Below are positions 1 to 9,201 of a stretch of 21,840 nt of DNA, in pieces. Where the stretch lies: NCBI GenBank assembly GCA_038248345.1, contig JBBRXO010000046.1, positions 1-21,840 of the forward strand, given 5' to 3'. The DNA comes from Armatimonadota bacterium (GTDB lineage Bacteria > Armatimonadota > Hebobacteria > CAIYQO01). The notes beneath the pieces are model-generated. The model saw nothing but the letters and a program-made list of their open reading frames with translations. It had not been told where the DNA came from and did not search any database. Position numbers and translations under genes: made by a program. The first letter of the stretch is position 1, and each line of letters begins with the position of its first letter.

Positions 1-50
1 CGGCAGAAAAAATAAAAATTGCCGCTGGTGGCGATAATCGTAAATATTTT

Positions 51-78
51 GCAGGAGTTCTCCTGCCGAGGCCGAAAT
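51..78 (+). promoter_or_regulatory. Putative SigH-like promoter (GCAGGA-N17-GAAA)
   Basis: GCAGGA 51-56, 17 nt, GAAAT 74-78. Same geometry as the better match at 8081-8107 and as Bacillus sigma-H AGGA-N17-GAAT promoters. Confidence 0.35.
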
Positions 79-135
79 ATTTAATATCCGCAACGGTGCG
101 GGTTCGTATCCTGCAGATTTGGAGGTAATACGCTT

Positions 136-1065
136 ATGGCTACAGTAATTCCCCAGGTGCATGCACCTGTGCTCGCCAGTTCGATGATGTCGAGTATTTA
201 TGGCGCGGTTCATACCTGGGATGAGACCATCACGGTCACTGACTTGTTCGGTTACTCCGGGCATGCCTTTATCCTCAACATCGAGCGTGCTATGTGCGCG
301 AGCGGGCCGACAGCCTGGGATTGGGGAGCCATCCTCTTCCCCCTGCGTCAGCTTTACAGCTTGAAGCGCTTGTGTGCCAATTGCGATATGCGCGATGTAG
401 ATGAGGCGCGCGAATTGATATGGCAACGCGCCCAGACTAGTATTGATAACGGACGCCCGGTAGTACTTTGGGATGCTTTGTTGCCGGAGTTCTACCTGGC
501 CTATGGCTATGAAGATGAAAATGATTCCTATACTATTGTCGGGCCTGCAGCCGAGCGTGTGGCCGGGCAAGTAAGTTATCTGCAATTGGGGCGGCACACC
601 GGGCAGGTGTGGGCGCTTTTCCCTGGCCCTCGCACTGATGCTGACCGCGAGGCCGCCCGCGATTTGGCCTTGCGTGGTGCAGTGAGCTGGCATCGCTGGG
701 AGAATGAGCGTGATGCGCAGTGGGTCTTTGGTGGTGAAGCGTGGGATGTGTGGATTGATGCTATGCGTGAGGAAGAGCTGGCGGTAGAGGCTAATGCCGC
801 GGCGCTAAATCACCACGTATACGCAGAAAGTCGTCGCCATGCGGTAAATTTCCTCAAAAGCCAGGGAGAACAGTTCGCTACCGCTGCTGCCCATTATGAC
901 ATCGTCGCCACCCGGTTGGAGGATATCGTACACAGCTGGCCGCTCAATGCCCCTACCCCCACGATGGAGGAACGCGCCAGCTTCGCTGATCTGTTGATGG
1001 AAGCCCGTGAAGCAGAAAACGCCGCTGTACTAGCATTGGAAGACGCAATTGTGGTGAAGAAATAG
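136..1065 (+). CDS. Hypothetical protein, possibly papain/C39-like (BtrH N-terminal-like) fold, probably non-catalytic
   Basis: 309-aa ORF with GGAGGT RBS. Motifs LFGYSGHAF, SIDNGRPV, EFYLAYGYE, followed by a helical C-terminus. Family assignment is from memory of similar motifs. Confidence 0.6.
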   Translation: MATVIPQVHAPVLASSMMSSIYGAVHTWDETITVTDLFGYSGHAFILNIERAMCASGPTAWDWGAILFPLRQLYSLKRLCANCDMRDVDEARELIWQRAQTSIDNGRPVVLWDALLPEFYLAYGYEDENDSYTIVGPAAERVAGQVSYLQLGRHTGQVWALFPGPRTDADREAARDLALRGAVSWHRWENERDAQWVFGGEAWDVWIDAMREEELAVEANAAALNHHVYAESRRHAVNFLKSQGEQFATAAAHYDIVATRLEDIVHSWPLNAPTPTMEERASFADLLMEAREAENAAVLALEDAIVVKK

Positions 1066-1156
1066 CACAAAGAGAAATCCACAACATCGAAATTAGTAGT
1101 ATGATATCGATGATGTCGGAGCGGCATGATCCAGAAGAAAGAAGGAGAAATAGCTT

Positions 1157-1465
1157 ATGTGTAACAATAATCATGATTCCACGTCCTGGGGCAGTTTGCT
1201 GGCTGGTATGGTAGTGGGCGCGGCTATCGGTACCGCCGTAGGGTTACTCTATGCGCCAAAGCCGGGTGTGGAATTGCGCGCTGATATCAATGCAAGGCTG
1301 GAAGAGCTGAAAGCACGCATGGATGAAATTGCCAGTGAAGTATCCGAGCAGGCGAAGACACGCTTGTCTGAAACACGCGAAGACCTGACCCAGGCAATCG
1401 AAGCTGGCCGGCAAGCCGCCTCCGAGCGCATGGCAAGCTTGAAAAAAGAAGCTCATATCGAGTAG
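1157..1465 (+). CDS. YtxH domain-containing general stress protein
   Basis: AAGGAG RBS; LAGMVVGAAIGTAVGLLYAPKPGVELR signature followed by a coiled coil. Confidence 0.9.
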   Translation: MCNNNHDSTSWGSLLAGMVVGAAIGTAVGLLYAPKPGVELRADINARLEELKARMDEIASEVSEQAKTRLSETREDLTQAIEAGRQAASERMASLKKEAHIE

Positions 1466-1498
1466 AGCAAACTTGGGCAAGACAAGGGAGTATCTCCA

Positions 1499-1873
1499 AT
1501 GGGGAACGTGACAAATTTCGCGGTGGAAACGAAAGTTGCCTGCGCGGAAGGGGCCGTTGTCGCCATCGTTGGCGAAATGGACGCATATACCACGCCGCAG
1601 GTGAAAGTAGCCATGCAGCAGATGCTTGATGATGGGCACAAATACCTCATCGTTAATCTGGCGCGGGCGGAATACCTAGATAGCACTGCGCTGGGTGCGC
1701 TGGTGGGGGCGCTCAAACGCGCCCGCGAAAAAGGCGGTGACCTGCGTCTGGTAGCCCCCACGGCCCGTATCATGCGCCTGCTGGATATAACCCGATTGAG
1801 CAAGGTGTTCCCTATCGATGCGACCGATGAAGAAGCAGTGGCGCACCTGAGCGCAGAGAGGACGGGAGCATGA
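1499..1873 (+). CDS. rsbV: Anti-sigma factor antagonist (STAS domain, RsbV/SpoIIAA family)
   Basis: GEMDAYTTP and YLDSTALG (phosphoacceptor Ser); AAGGGAG RBS; ATGA overlap with next gene. Confidence 0.9.
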   Translation: MGNVTNFAVETKVACAEGAVVAIVGEMDAYTTPQVKVAMQQMLDDGHKYLIVNLARAEYLDSTALGALVGALKRAREKGGDLRLVAPTARIMRLLDITRLSKVFPIDATDEEAVAHLSAERTGA

Positions 1874-2331
1874 AAATAGAAGACCAAACCAAATGCCTCA
1901 TGCTTAGTCTGCCCAATGACCCGCAATATGGAGTGCTGTTACGTAAGTTTGTCTCCTGGGTGGCGATGCTGGAACAGTTCGACATAAAGGCAATTGAGGA
2001 CATAGAATGGGCGGTAGATGAAGCCTTCACCAATGCCTTACAACATGGTGTGCCCACTGTTGATGGGCAAGAGGTGATAACCGTCTGCATTTACCCGTTG
2101 CAGGATAGCATTGAGATCACCGTACATGACTCTGGCAATGGCTTCGATCCCGAAGCTATCAAATGTCGGCAAGAGGAAGATGCACGGGATTGTGAATTTG
2201 ATCTGGCCGAGTGTGGGCGTGGCCTGGATCTCATTGCCGCCTCGATGGATGACCTGCAATATGATCGCGTCCCCGATGGCACCAGGGTTCGCATGGTGAA
2301 GCATCGACGCACGGAAGCGGAGGGAACTTGA
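1870..2331 (+). CDS. rsbW: Anti-sigma factor serine kinase (RsbW/SpoIIAB family, GHKL ATPase)
   Basis: N box AVDEAFTNALQHG, G1 DSGNGFD, G2 GRGLDLI; lies between the STAS and sigma genes. Confidence 0.9.
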   Translation: MKIEDQTKCLMLSLPNDPQYGVLLRKFVSWVAMLEQFDIKAIEDIEWAVDEAFTNALQHGVPTVDGQEVITVCIYPLQDSIEITVHDSGNGFDPEAIKCRQEEDARDCEFDLAECGRGLDLIAASMDDLQYDRVPDGTRVRMVKHRRTEAEGT

Positions 2332-3158
2332 TGCAGGTTGACCCGGAAAATGACGCAATCATTGCACCGGAGATCGAGCCGCGGGAAGATGCTGAAGTCG
2401 TACCGGATATTGCGGTATCGCGCAGCGACAAGCTCTTTCACGACTACGCCCGCACGCATTCCCAGGCAGTGCGTGACGCGTTAGTAGTACAGCATATGAA
2501 TCTGGTGCGCTTCTTGGCGAAAAAATTCATCAATCGCGGCGAATCGCTGGATGACCTCGTGAGCGTGGGCACTATCGGGCTTCTGCACGCCATCGATCGC
2601 TTCGACCCTGATCGTGGCATCCGTTTCGCCACTTTTGCCACCCCGACAATCATCGGGGAGATCAAGCGCAACTTCCGCGACCGCGGCTGGGCCATCAAGG
2701 TGCCGCGCCGCTTGCAAGAGGTGAATCTGGCGGCCAACCGTGCTCAGGACAGGCTGACAGCGAAGTTAAATCGTCCGCCTACAGTACAGGAGATTGCCGC
2801 GGAGATCGGCGTCCCCGTCGACGAGACTATGGAGGGGATGGAGTTAGGGCATCTCTACGAATTAGCCTCATTGGATAGTGAACTGGGTGGCGACGACGAT
2901 GACGGACGCTCGCATCTGGCCGACTACATAGGCCGCCTGGACGCGGGCTATGAGAATCTGGACACCCGCTCCCGCATCACTAGCGCGCTCCGCCGCCTCA
3001 CCCCTCGCGAGCGTCTCATCATCGTGCTACGCTTCTTTGAAGGCAAATCGCAGACGGATGTCGCGCAGATGCTCAATATCTCCCAGATGCACGTCAGCCG
3101 CCTGCAGACCAAAGCACTTGCCCGTCTGCGCGAGATGGTGAAGAACGAAGAACTCTAG
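2331..3158 (+). CDS. sigB: RNA polymerase sigma factor, SigB/SigF/SigG family
   Basis: DLVSVGTIGLLHAIDRFDP, FATFATPTIIGEIKRNFRD, VPRRLQE, ISQMHVSRL. ATG at 2331 overlaps the rsbW stop (TGATG), with GGAGG at 2319-2323. Confidence 0.88.
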   Translation: MQVDPENDAIIAPEIEPREDAEVVPDIAVSRSDKLFHDYARTHSQAVRDALVVQHMNLVRFLAKKFINRGESLDDLVSVGTIGLLHAIDRFDPDRGIRFATFATPTIIGEIKRNFRDRGWAIKVPRRLQEVNLAANRAQDRLTAKLNRPPTVQEIAAEIGVPVDETMEGMELGHLYELASLDSELGGDDDDGRSHLADYIGRLDAGYENLDTRSRITSALRRLTPRERLIIVLRFFEGKSQTDVAQMLNISQMHVSRLQTKALARLREMVKNEEL

Positions 3159-3215
3159 CGTCGCGCGATTATCCGATCCTGATCAGTAACGACAAGATAG
3201 CTGTTCCTCAAATAT

Positions 3216-3245
3216 TTGCCCCCACTCACTCCCCTATGTTATAGT
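3216..3245 (+). promoter_or_regulatory. Putative sigma70/SigA promoter
   Basis: TTGCCC 3216-3221, 18 nt, extended -10 TGnTATAGT ending at 3245. Confidence 0.45.
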
Positions 3246-3282
3246 GAAAGTGGCTAACATCATCTCTTTTGGGAGTGAAGAT

Positions 3283-4521
3283 ATGCGGATTTTTCAGATA
3301 GGTATCACTGTAGTGGTCGGTCTTATGTTGCTTTCGGCGTTGAGCGGGTGTCGCAGCAGCAAAGGGGTGGCAAATGACGACAACACGAAAACGGGCGCGG
3401 TGGCGGGCCGGAAGCTGACCGGCAAAAACAACATCAAAATAGCCCTCATTGCTCGGGATAGCGCAGACCCAGCTTTCGCCGCCACGCAGGCGGGGGCGGA
3501 AGAGGCGGCGCGCGCCCTCTCAAGAGATGGGCTGACTGTATCTATCACCCCTACGCCGCCCAACGGCATGGAGCAGGCGAAGCGCGTGACGCAGGTGGTG
3601 CAGGAGGGCGTGGATGCCATCATCATCTCGGTAGCCGACGCCACCAAAGTTACTCCGGCAATAAATGATGCGGTAAAGGCGGGCGTAACCGTCATCACCT
3701 ACGCATATGATGCCCCCGCTTCCACCCGTCTGGCCACGGTAGGCGTGGATGATGCCAAAGCAGGCGCACAGGCGATGGACGACCTGGCCAAAGCGCTGGG
3801 CAAAAAGGGCAAAATCGCTATCCTCGCCGGCACTCCGGCGCAGCAGGTACGGCTGGAGGGGGCGAAGAAAGCAGCAGAGAAATACCCCGACATTAAAATC
3901 CTAGCCACGGTGAATTGTACCGAAAACACGTCTGACGCCGCGGCGGTGGTACTCAAAACGACGACCAATAACGGTGACCTGAATGGTTGGGTGATGCTCG
4001 GCGGTTGGGCGCTCAATAACAAAACGTTACTCGGAGAGCGAAAATTCACCCGGCTGAAGACGGTGGCTATTGACGCATTGCCCGCCAGCCTGCCCTATCT
4101 GGAAAAGAGCGCCGTCACCGAACTCCTCGGCCAGCCGACCTATAGCTGGGGCAAAACCGCGGTGGAAAAGGTGGTAGATAAGCTAGCCTACAAGCAGGAA
4201 GTGCCCGTGAAAAATGAATTGCAGCTGATCAGCGTGACGCGTGAGAAGTTACCCTCCTGGGCGAAACAGCTGAAGGATTGGGGTTACCGCGATGAGGACG
4301 GGGCACTAACTAAATATGCCGCCGGATCAGCTACCATCAGCAAACCAGTAGGTAGCGCCACCAATAAATCCACCTCTGGCGTCTCCGACGATACCAAAAA
4401 GAAAACCGAGAGCAAACCCAGCACCGTGAAGAAACCGGATACCGCCAAACCAACGCCGCCGAAAACCACTACCCCCGATAATACCGCCGGGCCCAAGAAA
4501 CCCACCACGGGGAACAGATGA
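3283..4521 (+). CDS. Sugar ABC-type substrate-binding lipoprotein (RbsB/LacI-type periplasmic binding fold) with Lys/Thr/Pro-rich tail
   Basis: ATG at 3283 with GGGAG RBS; lipobox [31 protein letters not shown]; low-complexity C-terminus. Confidence 0.85.
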   Translation: MRIFQIGITVVVGLMLLSALSGCRSSKGVANDDNTKTGAVAGRKLTGKNNIKIALIARDSADPAFAATQAGAEEAARALSRDGLTVSITPTPPNGMEQAKRVTQVVQEGVDAIIISVADATKVTPAINDAVKAGVTVITYAYDAPASTRLATVGVDDAKAGAQAMDDLAKALGKKGKIAILAGTPAQQVRLEGAKKAAEKYPDIKILATVNCTENTSDAAAVVLKTTTNNGDLNGWVMLGGWALNNKTLLGERKFTRLKTVAIDALPASLPYLEKSAVTELLGQPTYSWGKTAVEKVVDKLAYKQEVPVKNELQLISVTREKLPSWAKQLKDWGYRDEDGALTKYAAGSATISKPVGSATNKSTSGVSDDTKKKTESKPSTVKKPDTAKPTPPKTTTPDNTAGPKKPTTGNR

Positions 4522-5201
4522 AACGAGCAGTTATATTATTATCGGGCGGGCTGGACAGCGCCACCGCCGGGGCTATGGCGGTGGCCGCTGGTTTTGAATT
4601 GCACGCACTGACCATCTCCTACGGGCAACGACACCTGCGCGAGGTGCAGGCCGCACGCGACGTGGCCGACGCGCTGGGCGTGGCCTCGCATAAATTCATC
4701 GACATCAACCTGCGCGAGATCGGCGGGTCGGCGCTCACCGCGGACATCCCCGTGCCGCAGGGGCGCAATGACGCCGAGATCGGCATCGGTATCCCGGTCA
4801 CCTATGTCCCCGCGCGCAACACCATCTTCCTCAGCATCGCGCTGGGGCTGGCCGAGGTCATCGGCGCCGAGACGATAGTCGCGGGCATGAACCAGCTGGA
4901 CTACAGCGGCTACCCCGACTGCCGCGCCGAATACCTGACCGCCTTCGAGCATCTGGCCAACCTGGCCACCAAAGCCGGGGTGGAGGGCACCGCGAACTTC
5001 CGCATCTGGGCACCCTTGCTCGACATGAGCAAAGAGCAGATAATCCGCACCGGCCTGGCGCTGGGGGTAGACTACGCCCGCACCTGGAGCTGCTACACCG
5101 GCGGCGACCAGCCCTGCGGCAGCTGCGACAGTTGCCAGCTGCGCAGCGCGGCGTTCAAGTTAGTGGGGGTGGATGACCCGGCGATGTACCCTATCTATTA
5201 A
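4518..5201 (+). CDS. queC: 7-cyano-7-deazaguanine (preQ0) synthase
   Basis: [40 protein letters not shown]. Confidence 0.97.
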   Translation: MKRAVILLSGGLDSATAGAMAVAAGFELHALTISYGQRHLREVQAARDVADALGVASHKFIDINLREIGGSALTADIPVPQGRNDAEIGIGIPVTYVPARNTIFLSIALGLAEVIGAETIVAGMNQLDYSGYPDCRAEYLTAFEHLANLATKAGVEGTANFRIWAPLLDMSKEQIIRTGLALGVDYARTWSCYTGGDQPCGSCDSCQLRSAAFKLVGVDDPAMYPIY

Positions 5202-5251
5202 CCACATCTTCGTGGCAAACGAATCATCCCGCTCCGAAGTCACTTCTACAA

Positions 5252-5280
5252 TTGACACCATCCCCCCAGTCAGGTAACAT
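5252..5280 (+). promoter_or_regulatory. sigma70/SigA promoter of glmU-prs
   Basis: TTGACA 5252-5257, 17 nt, TAACAT 5275-5280. Confidence 0.7.
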
Positions 5281-5344
5281 TTAATGAGGGTTGCGGGCAT
5301 CATGCTGGTGATCCGTTTTTTATGTTTTACTAAGGAGTCCACCC

Positions 5345-6706
5345 TTGAAAACCGATTCCTCCGCCACCGTGGCCGTTATCCTGGCTGCAGGTAAGGGTAC
5401 GCGGATGAAGTCCGCTCGTGCTAAAGCCCTTGCTCCACTCTGTGGGCTGCCACTCGTTAATTACCCTATCAAGGCCGCGCGGGAGGCGGGGATTGAGCGC
5501 GTGGTGCTTATCGTCGGGCACCAGGCGGAGACGGTGCGGGATGCCGTGGGTGACGGTGTGGAGTATGCACTGCAGCAGCCGCAGAACGGCACCGGGCACG
5601 CGCTGATGTGCGCGGAAGAGACGCTGCGTGGCTTCACCGGCACCATATTGGTTCATTGCGTGGATGTACCGCTGCTGCCCGCTGCTGATCTGGCCGCACT
5701 GCTGCAGGTACACACCGAGGCGGGCAACGCCGCCACCGTGATGACCACCATCAAGGCGAAGCCGAAGGGTTATGGGCGTATCGTACGCGACACCGCGGAC
5801 AACGTGATGCGTATCGTAGAGGAAAAGGACGCCAGCGAAGAGGAAAAAGCGCTCTGCGAGATCAATGTCGCCACCTACTGCTTCCAGGCCCCGCTGATCT
5901 TCGAGATGCTGCACCAGTTGACTCCCAATAATGCGCAAGGTGAGTATTACCTCACCGATGTACTGGAACTGCTCATTGCTCGTGGTGAAAAGGTGGGCGC
6001 GGTGGTGTCACCTGACGAGCATCTGGTCGACGGTATCAATGACCGTGTGCAGCTCTCCGAGGCCGAAGCCACGCTGCGGCAGAAGATCAATATCGAGCAT
6101 ATGCGCAACGGTGTGACCATCGTGGACCCGAAGAGTACCTTCATCGACGAGGGCGTGGTTATCGGGCAGGATACCATCATCCACCCCTTCACCTTCATCT
6201 ATGCGGGAACCGTCATCGGCAACGATTGTATCATCGGTCCCGGCAGCCAGCTTTTCGCCACTACGGTGGAGGATAACGCGCAGGTGATCTCCTCCCGCGT
6301 GGAACAGAGCATCATCCGCACGGGGGGCAAGGTCGGGCCGTTCTCGCGGCTGCGTCCGGGGTGCGAGATCGCCACCGGTGCCGAAGTGGGCAACTTCAGC
6401 GAGATGAAAAACACCCGCGTGGGTGCCGGCAGCAAGGTGCACCACCTGGGCTACCTGGGCGATACCACGCTGGGCGAGAAGGTGAACATCGGCGCGGGCA
6501 CCATCACCTGCAACTATGACGGCGCGAAGAAGCACAAAACTGTGCTTGGCGACAACGTCTTCATCGGCAGCGGCAGCCTCATCGTCGCCCCGGTGAACAT
6601 CGGCGACCGCGCCCTCACCGGTGCCGGCAGCGTCATCACCCGCGACATCCCAGAGGGCAAAGTGGCTTTCGGGGTTCCTGCCAAGGTGGTGCGGGATCGG
6701 GAGTAG
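5345..6706 (+). CDS. glmU: Bifunctional UDP-GlcNAc pyrophosphorylase / glucosamine-1-phosphate acetyltransferase
   Basis: TTG start with AAGGAG RBS; LAAGKGTRMKS, GYGRIVR, NAQGEYYLTD, hexapeptide repeats, NIGAGTITCNYDG; upstream of prs. Confidence 0.97.
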   Translation: MKTDSSATVAVILAAGKGTRMKSARAKALAPLCGLPLVNYPIKAAREAGIERVVLIVGHQAETVRDAVGDGVEYALQQPQNGTGHALMCAEETLRGFTGTILVHCVDVPLLPAADLAALLQVHTEAGNAATVMTTIKAKPKGYGRIVRDTADNVMRIVEEKDASEEEKALCEINVATYCFQAPLIFEMLHQLTPNNAQGEYYLTDVLELLIARGEKVGAVVSPDEHLVDGINDRVQLSEAEATLRQKINIEHMRNGVTIVDPKSTFIDEGVVIGQDTIIHPFTFIYAGTVIGNDCIIGPGSQLFATTVEDNAQVISSRVEQSIIRTGGKVGPFSRLRPGCEIATGAEVGNFSEMKNTRVGAGSKVHHLGYLGDTTLGEKVNIGAGTITCNYDGAKKHKTVLGDNVFIGSGSLIVAPVNIGDRALTGAGSVITRDIPEGKVAFGVPAKVVRDRE

Positions 6707-6850
6707 GAGTTCTTACACCACCCCCTGAAGGAGGTGGCTAACAACTGCAAGCACCCTGAAGGGCGCTGGACATTCGATTCCAAAAGTCCGCGCAGGCGGA
6801 TGACCGGTGCGTTGTGCCCTGCAGCCGGGATTTCAATCCCAGCACTCCTA
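6704..6850. repeat. REP/REPIN-like palindromic element between glmU and prs
   Basis: 7-bp terminal inverted repeat TAGGAGT/ACTCCTA; two TGAA-loop hairpins (6718-6737, 6750-6767); unit 6782-6843 recurs at 17542-17604. Confidence 0.75.
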
Positions 6851-6915
6851 AAAAAGGGAATCACTCTCCGTTAGCAGAAAACTAATAATAGTGCTGAACT
6901 TTGAGGTTTAAATAC

Positions 6916-7887
6916 ATGCAACAATTACGTGTGCTTTCGGGCACAGCAAATCCTAAGCTCGCGGCAGATATTGCAGATAACCTGAGTATCAAACTCACCG
7001 GGACGCTGATAACGCGTTTCAGCGACGGCGAGATCCGGGTTCAGATACGCGACAGCGTGCGCTGTATGGATGTTTTCGTGGTACAGCCCACCTGCCCACC
7101 CACCAGCGAGAATATCATTGAGTTGCTCATTATCATGGATGCACTCAAGCGCGCTTCGGCACGGCGCATCACCGCCATCATTCCATATTATGGTTATTCA
7201 CGGCAGGAGAAGAAGACCAAACCCCGCGAGCCGATTGCTGCGCGCCTGATGGCGGATATGATATCCGTCGCCGGTGCCACGCGTATTTTACTCGTCGACC
7301 TGCACTCGCAGACCACACAGGGCTTCTTCAATATGCCGGTAGATCATATGCCCGCCGGGCCGCTGCTCGGGCAATATTTCCATGATCACGGCTTTTCGCA
7401 TAATAACACTGTGGTCGTCTCCCCTGATGTGGGTGGGGTGTCCCGCGCCACCATGCTGGCCGACCGATTGGGAGCCACGCTGGCCATTATCGCCAAGCGC
7501 CGTCCGGAGCCGAACGAGTGCCAGGTGATCGATGTCATCGGCGACGTAGCGGGCAAACGTGTGGTGATCGTAGACGATATCATCGACACCGCCGGATCTT
7601 TGGTAAGCGCCGCCAAAGCGTGTATTGATCGCGGCGCTACCGAAATATTCGCCTGTGCCAGCCATGGTGTCCTCAGTGGCCCGGCCATCCAGCGCATCCA
7701 GGAGTCACCTATCAAGCAGGTGATCATCACCGACACCATCCCGCTGACCCCGGAGAAGCAGATCGACAAGATCGTGGTGCTTAGTATGGCCCCGGTGCTC
7801 GCCGAGTGCATCCGCCGCATCCACAATGACCAATCACTCTCAACGATCTTCGACAAATATTGGGAAGAGGGGAATCGCGAGGGATAG
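6916..7887 (+). CDS. prs: Ribose-phosphate pyrophosphokinase
   Basis: ATG at 6916 with GAGGT RBS; FSDGE, PYYGYSRQ, DLHS, VSPDVGG, VDDIIDTAGS. Confidence 0.97.
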   Translation: MQQLRVLSGTANPKLAADIADNLSIKLTGTLITRFSDGEIRVQIRDSVRCMDVFVVQPTCPPTSENIIELLIIMDALKRASARRITAIIPYYGYSRQEKKTKPREPIAARLMADMISVAGATRILLVDLHSQTTQGFFNMPVDHMPAGPLLGQYFHDHGFSHNNTVVVSPDVGGVSRATMLADRLGATLAIIAKRRPEPNECQVIDVIGDVAGKRVVIVDDIIDTAGSLVSAAKACIDRGATEIFACASHGVLSGPAIQRIQESPIKQVIITDTIPLTPEKQIDKIVVLSMAPVLAECIRRIHNDQSLSTIFDKYWEEGNREG

Positions 7888-7897
7888 CCTCTCGCAG

Positions 7898-7926
7898 TTG
7901 ACACAGCCGTGCCTGTCTGGTATATT
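7898..7926 (+). promoter_or_regulatory. sigma70/SigA promoter of tRNA-Pro
   Basis: TTGACA 7898-7903, 17 nt, TGn-extended TATATT 7921-7926; tRNA starts at 7937. Confidence 0.85.
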
Positions 7927-7936
7927 TATTTCGCTT

Positions 7937-8013
7937 CGGGGTGTAGCTCAGCTTGGTAGAGTGCACGGTTCGGGTCCGTGAGGTCAGAGGTTCGAATCCT
8001 CTCACCCCGACCA
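7937..8013 (+). tRNA. tRNA-Pro (anticodon CGG)
   Basis: Acceptor stem CGGGGTG/CACCCCG, anticodon arm CACGG-TTCGGGT-CCGTG, T loop GTTCGAATC, encoded CCA; 77 nt. Confidence 0.97.
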
Positions 8014-8018
8014 TTTTT

Positions 8019-8052
8019 AATATCCGCGATGGTTTTCCATCGCGGATATTTT
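8019..8052 (+). terminator. Intrinsic terminator after tRNA-Pro
   Basis: Perfect 14-bp inverted repeat AATATCCGCGATGG-TTTT-CCATCGCGGATATT ending in a T run. Confidence 0.8.
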
Positions 8053-8080
8053 CGTTGGTTCATATTTGTGAAATCAGCGA

Positions 8081-8107
8081 GCAGGAATTTGGGGAAAGAT
8101 GTCGAAT
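8081..8107 (+). promoter_or_regulatory. Putative SigH-like promoter of the vWA gene
   Basis: GCAGGAATT...GTCGAAT, with AGGA-N17-GAAT spacing as in Bacillus sigma-H promoters. Confidence 0.5.
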
Positions 8108-8150
8108 TTTGATAAATGTCGTTCAAATTTTTTCAAAGGTTGGTATCCCT

Positions 8151-9104
8151 ATGCAATTACGTACGTTATTTTTTTTACTGTTTCTTTTCACTTTGTGCTA
8201 CTTCACCGGGTGCGGCGGGGGTGGGAGCAAGGAAGTCGGGAGTAAAGTGGAAGGGCCAATGGCGCTCACGCTTAATCGGCTGGATGCTGCCAGTGCCGGG
8301 AAGGCGCGTTTGTACCTGACCGTGATTGACTCCAGTACCGATGCACCGGCGGCGGGTCTTAATATGGCGAATTTTACCTTTCAGGTTAACGGCGCTCCCG
8401 CTGTGCCCACCGTTCTCACCCAGCAGCAATCTAGTACAGCTCCCCTCAGCATCGCACTGGTTCTCGATCGTACTGCCGGAATGGCGGGGGCGAAATTAAC
8501 GGCTATGAAAGCAGCGGCAGTCGATTTCATCAGTCGTTTGCGCGCGCAGGATGAGGTAGAGGTCGTCTCCTTCGGTTTCACCGGTGGGGTGAAAGTGGAG
8601 TGCGGCTTCACCAGTAGCAAAACGGCGCTCACTACGGCCATCAACGCCATCACCGCTGACGGCAGCAGCTCTCCGCTACTTGACGCTATCGCGAAGGCTG
8701 GCCTCGATACCTCGCTCCGCCCGGCGGGCAATAACAAAGCGGTTGTGGCCCTCACCGACGGTGGCGAGAGCAGTAGCACGTACACTACGGCGACCGCGCT
8801 GGGTACCTATCTGAAGACCCTAAATCTACCCGTATACACGGTTGGCCTGGGCATCAACCACGATAGTACGCGGGATCGCACGTTGTTCTATCAGGATGAG
8901 GACAATCTGGTGACCATCGCCTTCAAAACCGGCGGCGAGTATTTTTACATCGCCGACAGCGCCGCGCTCCTCGGAACCTACCAGCGCATCCTCACCCGCA
9001 CGCAGCAACAATATATCATCACTCTGCCGGTCTCCGGGGCATTGACCTCCCTCACCATCCGCGCCGGCGCGGATGGATATACCGGAGAGCTAGCTTATCC
9101 GTAA
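8151..9104 (+). CDS. von Willebrand factor A domain lipoprotein
   Basis: Start moved to ATG 8151 because the longer ORF runs through the tRNA. Hydrophobic signal with lipobox FTGC; LVLDRTAGM, SPLLDAI, VALTDG, VYTVGLG, TGGEYF. Confidence 0.85.
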   Translation: MQLRTLFFLLFLFTLCYFTGCGGGGSKEVGSKVEGPMALTLNRLDAASAGKARLYLTVIDSSTDAPAAGLNMANFTFQVNGAPAVPTVLTQQQSSTAPLSIALVLDRTAGMAGAKLTAMKAAAVDFISRLRAQDEVEVVSFGFTGGVKVECGFTSSKTALTTAINAITADGSSSPLLDAIAKAGLDTSLRPAGNNKAVVALTDGGESSSTYTTATALGTYLKTLNLPVYTVGLGINHDSTRDRTLFYQDEDNLVTIAFKTGGEYFYIADSAALLGTYQRILTRTQQQYIITLPVSGALTSLTIRAGADGYTGELAYP

Positions 9105-9141
9105 ACGCAACTCCTGCTGGTGCGGTTAATATCAATTGGTG

Positions 9142-9167
9142 GGCAACTCCTACAACACCACTGCGTA
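9142..9167 (+). promoter_or_regulatory. Putative ECF-sigma promoter
   Basis: GGCAAC 9142-9147, 16 nt, CGTA 9164-9167 (AAC-N16-CGT pattern of SigW/SigX/SigM-type promoters). Confidence 0.35.
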
Positions 9168-9201
9168 TTATGTTGTATAGTTTACACGACGGAGGTGTGA
9201 T

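Noticed and set aside
4400..4520. preQ1 riboswitch before queC
   Set aside because: queC overlaps the upstream gene, so there is no leader, and no motif was seen.
5648..5671. GlmU motif VHCVDVP in place of the usual xGDVP
   Set aside because: The Asp and all other motifs are intact; not enough to suggest altered function.
7953..8150. N-terminal extension of the vWA ORF
   Set aside because: Runs through tRNA-Pro and its terminator; the signal peptide begins at ATG 8151.
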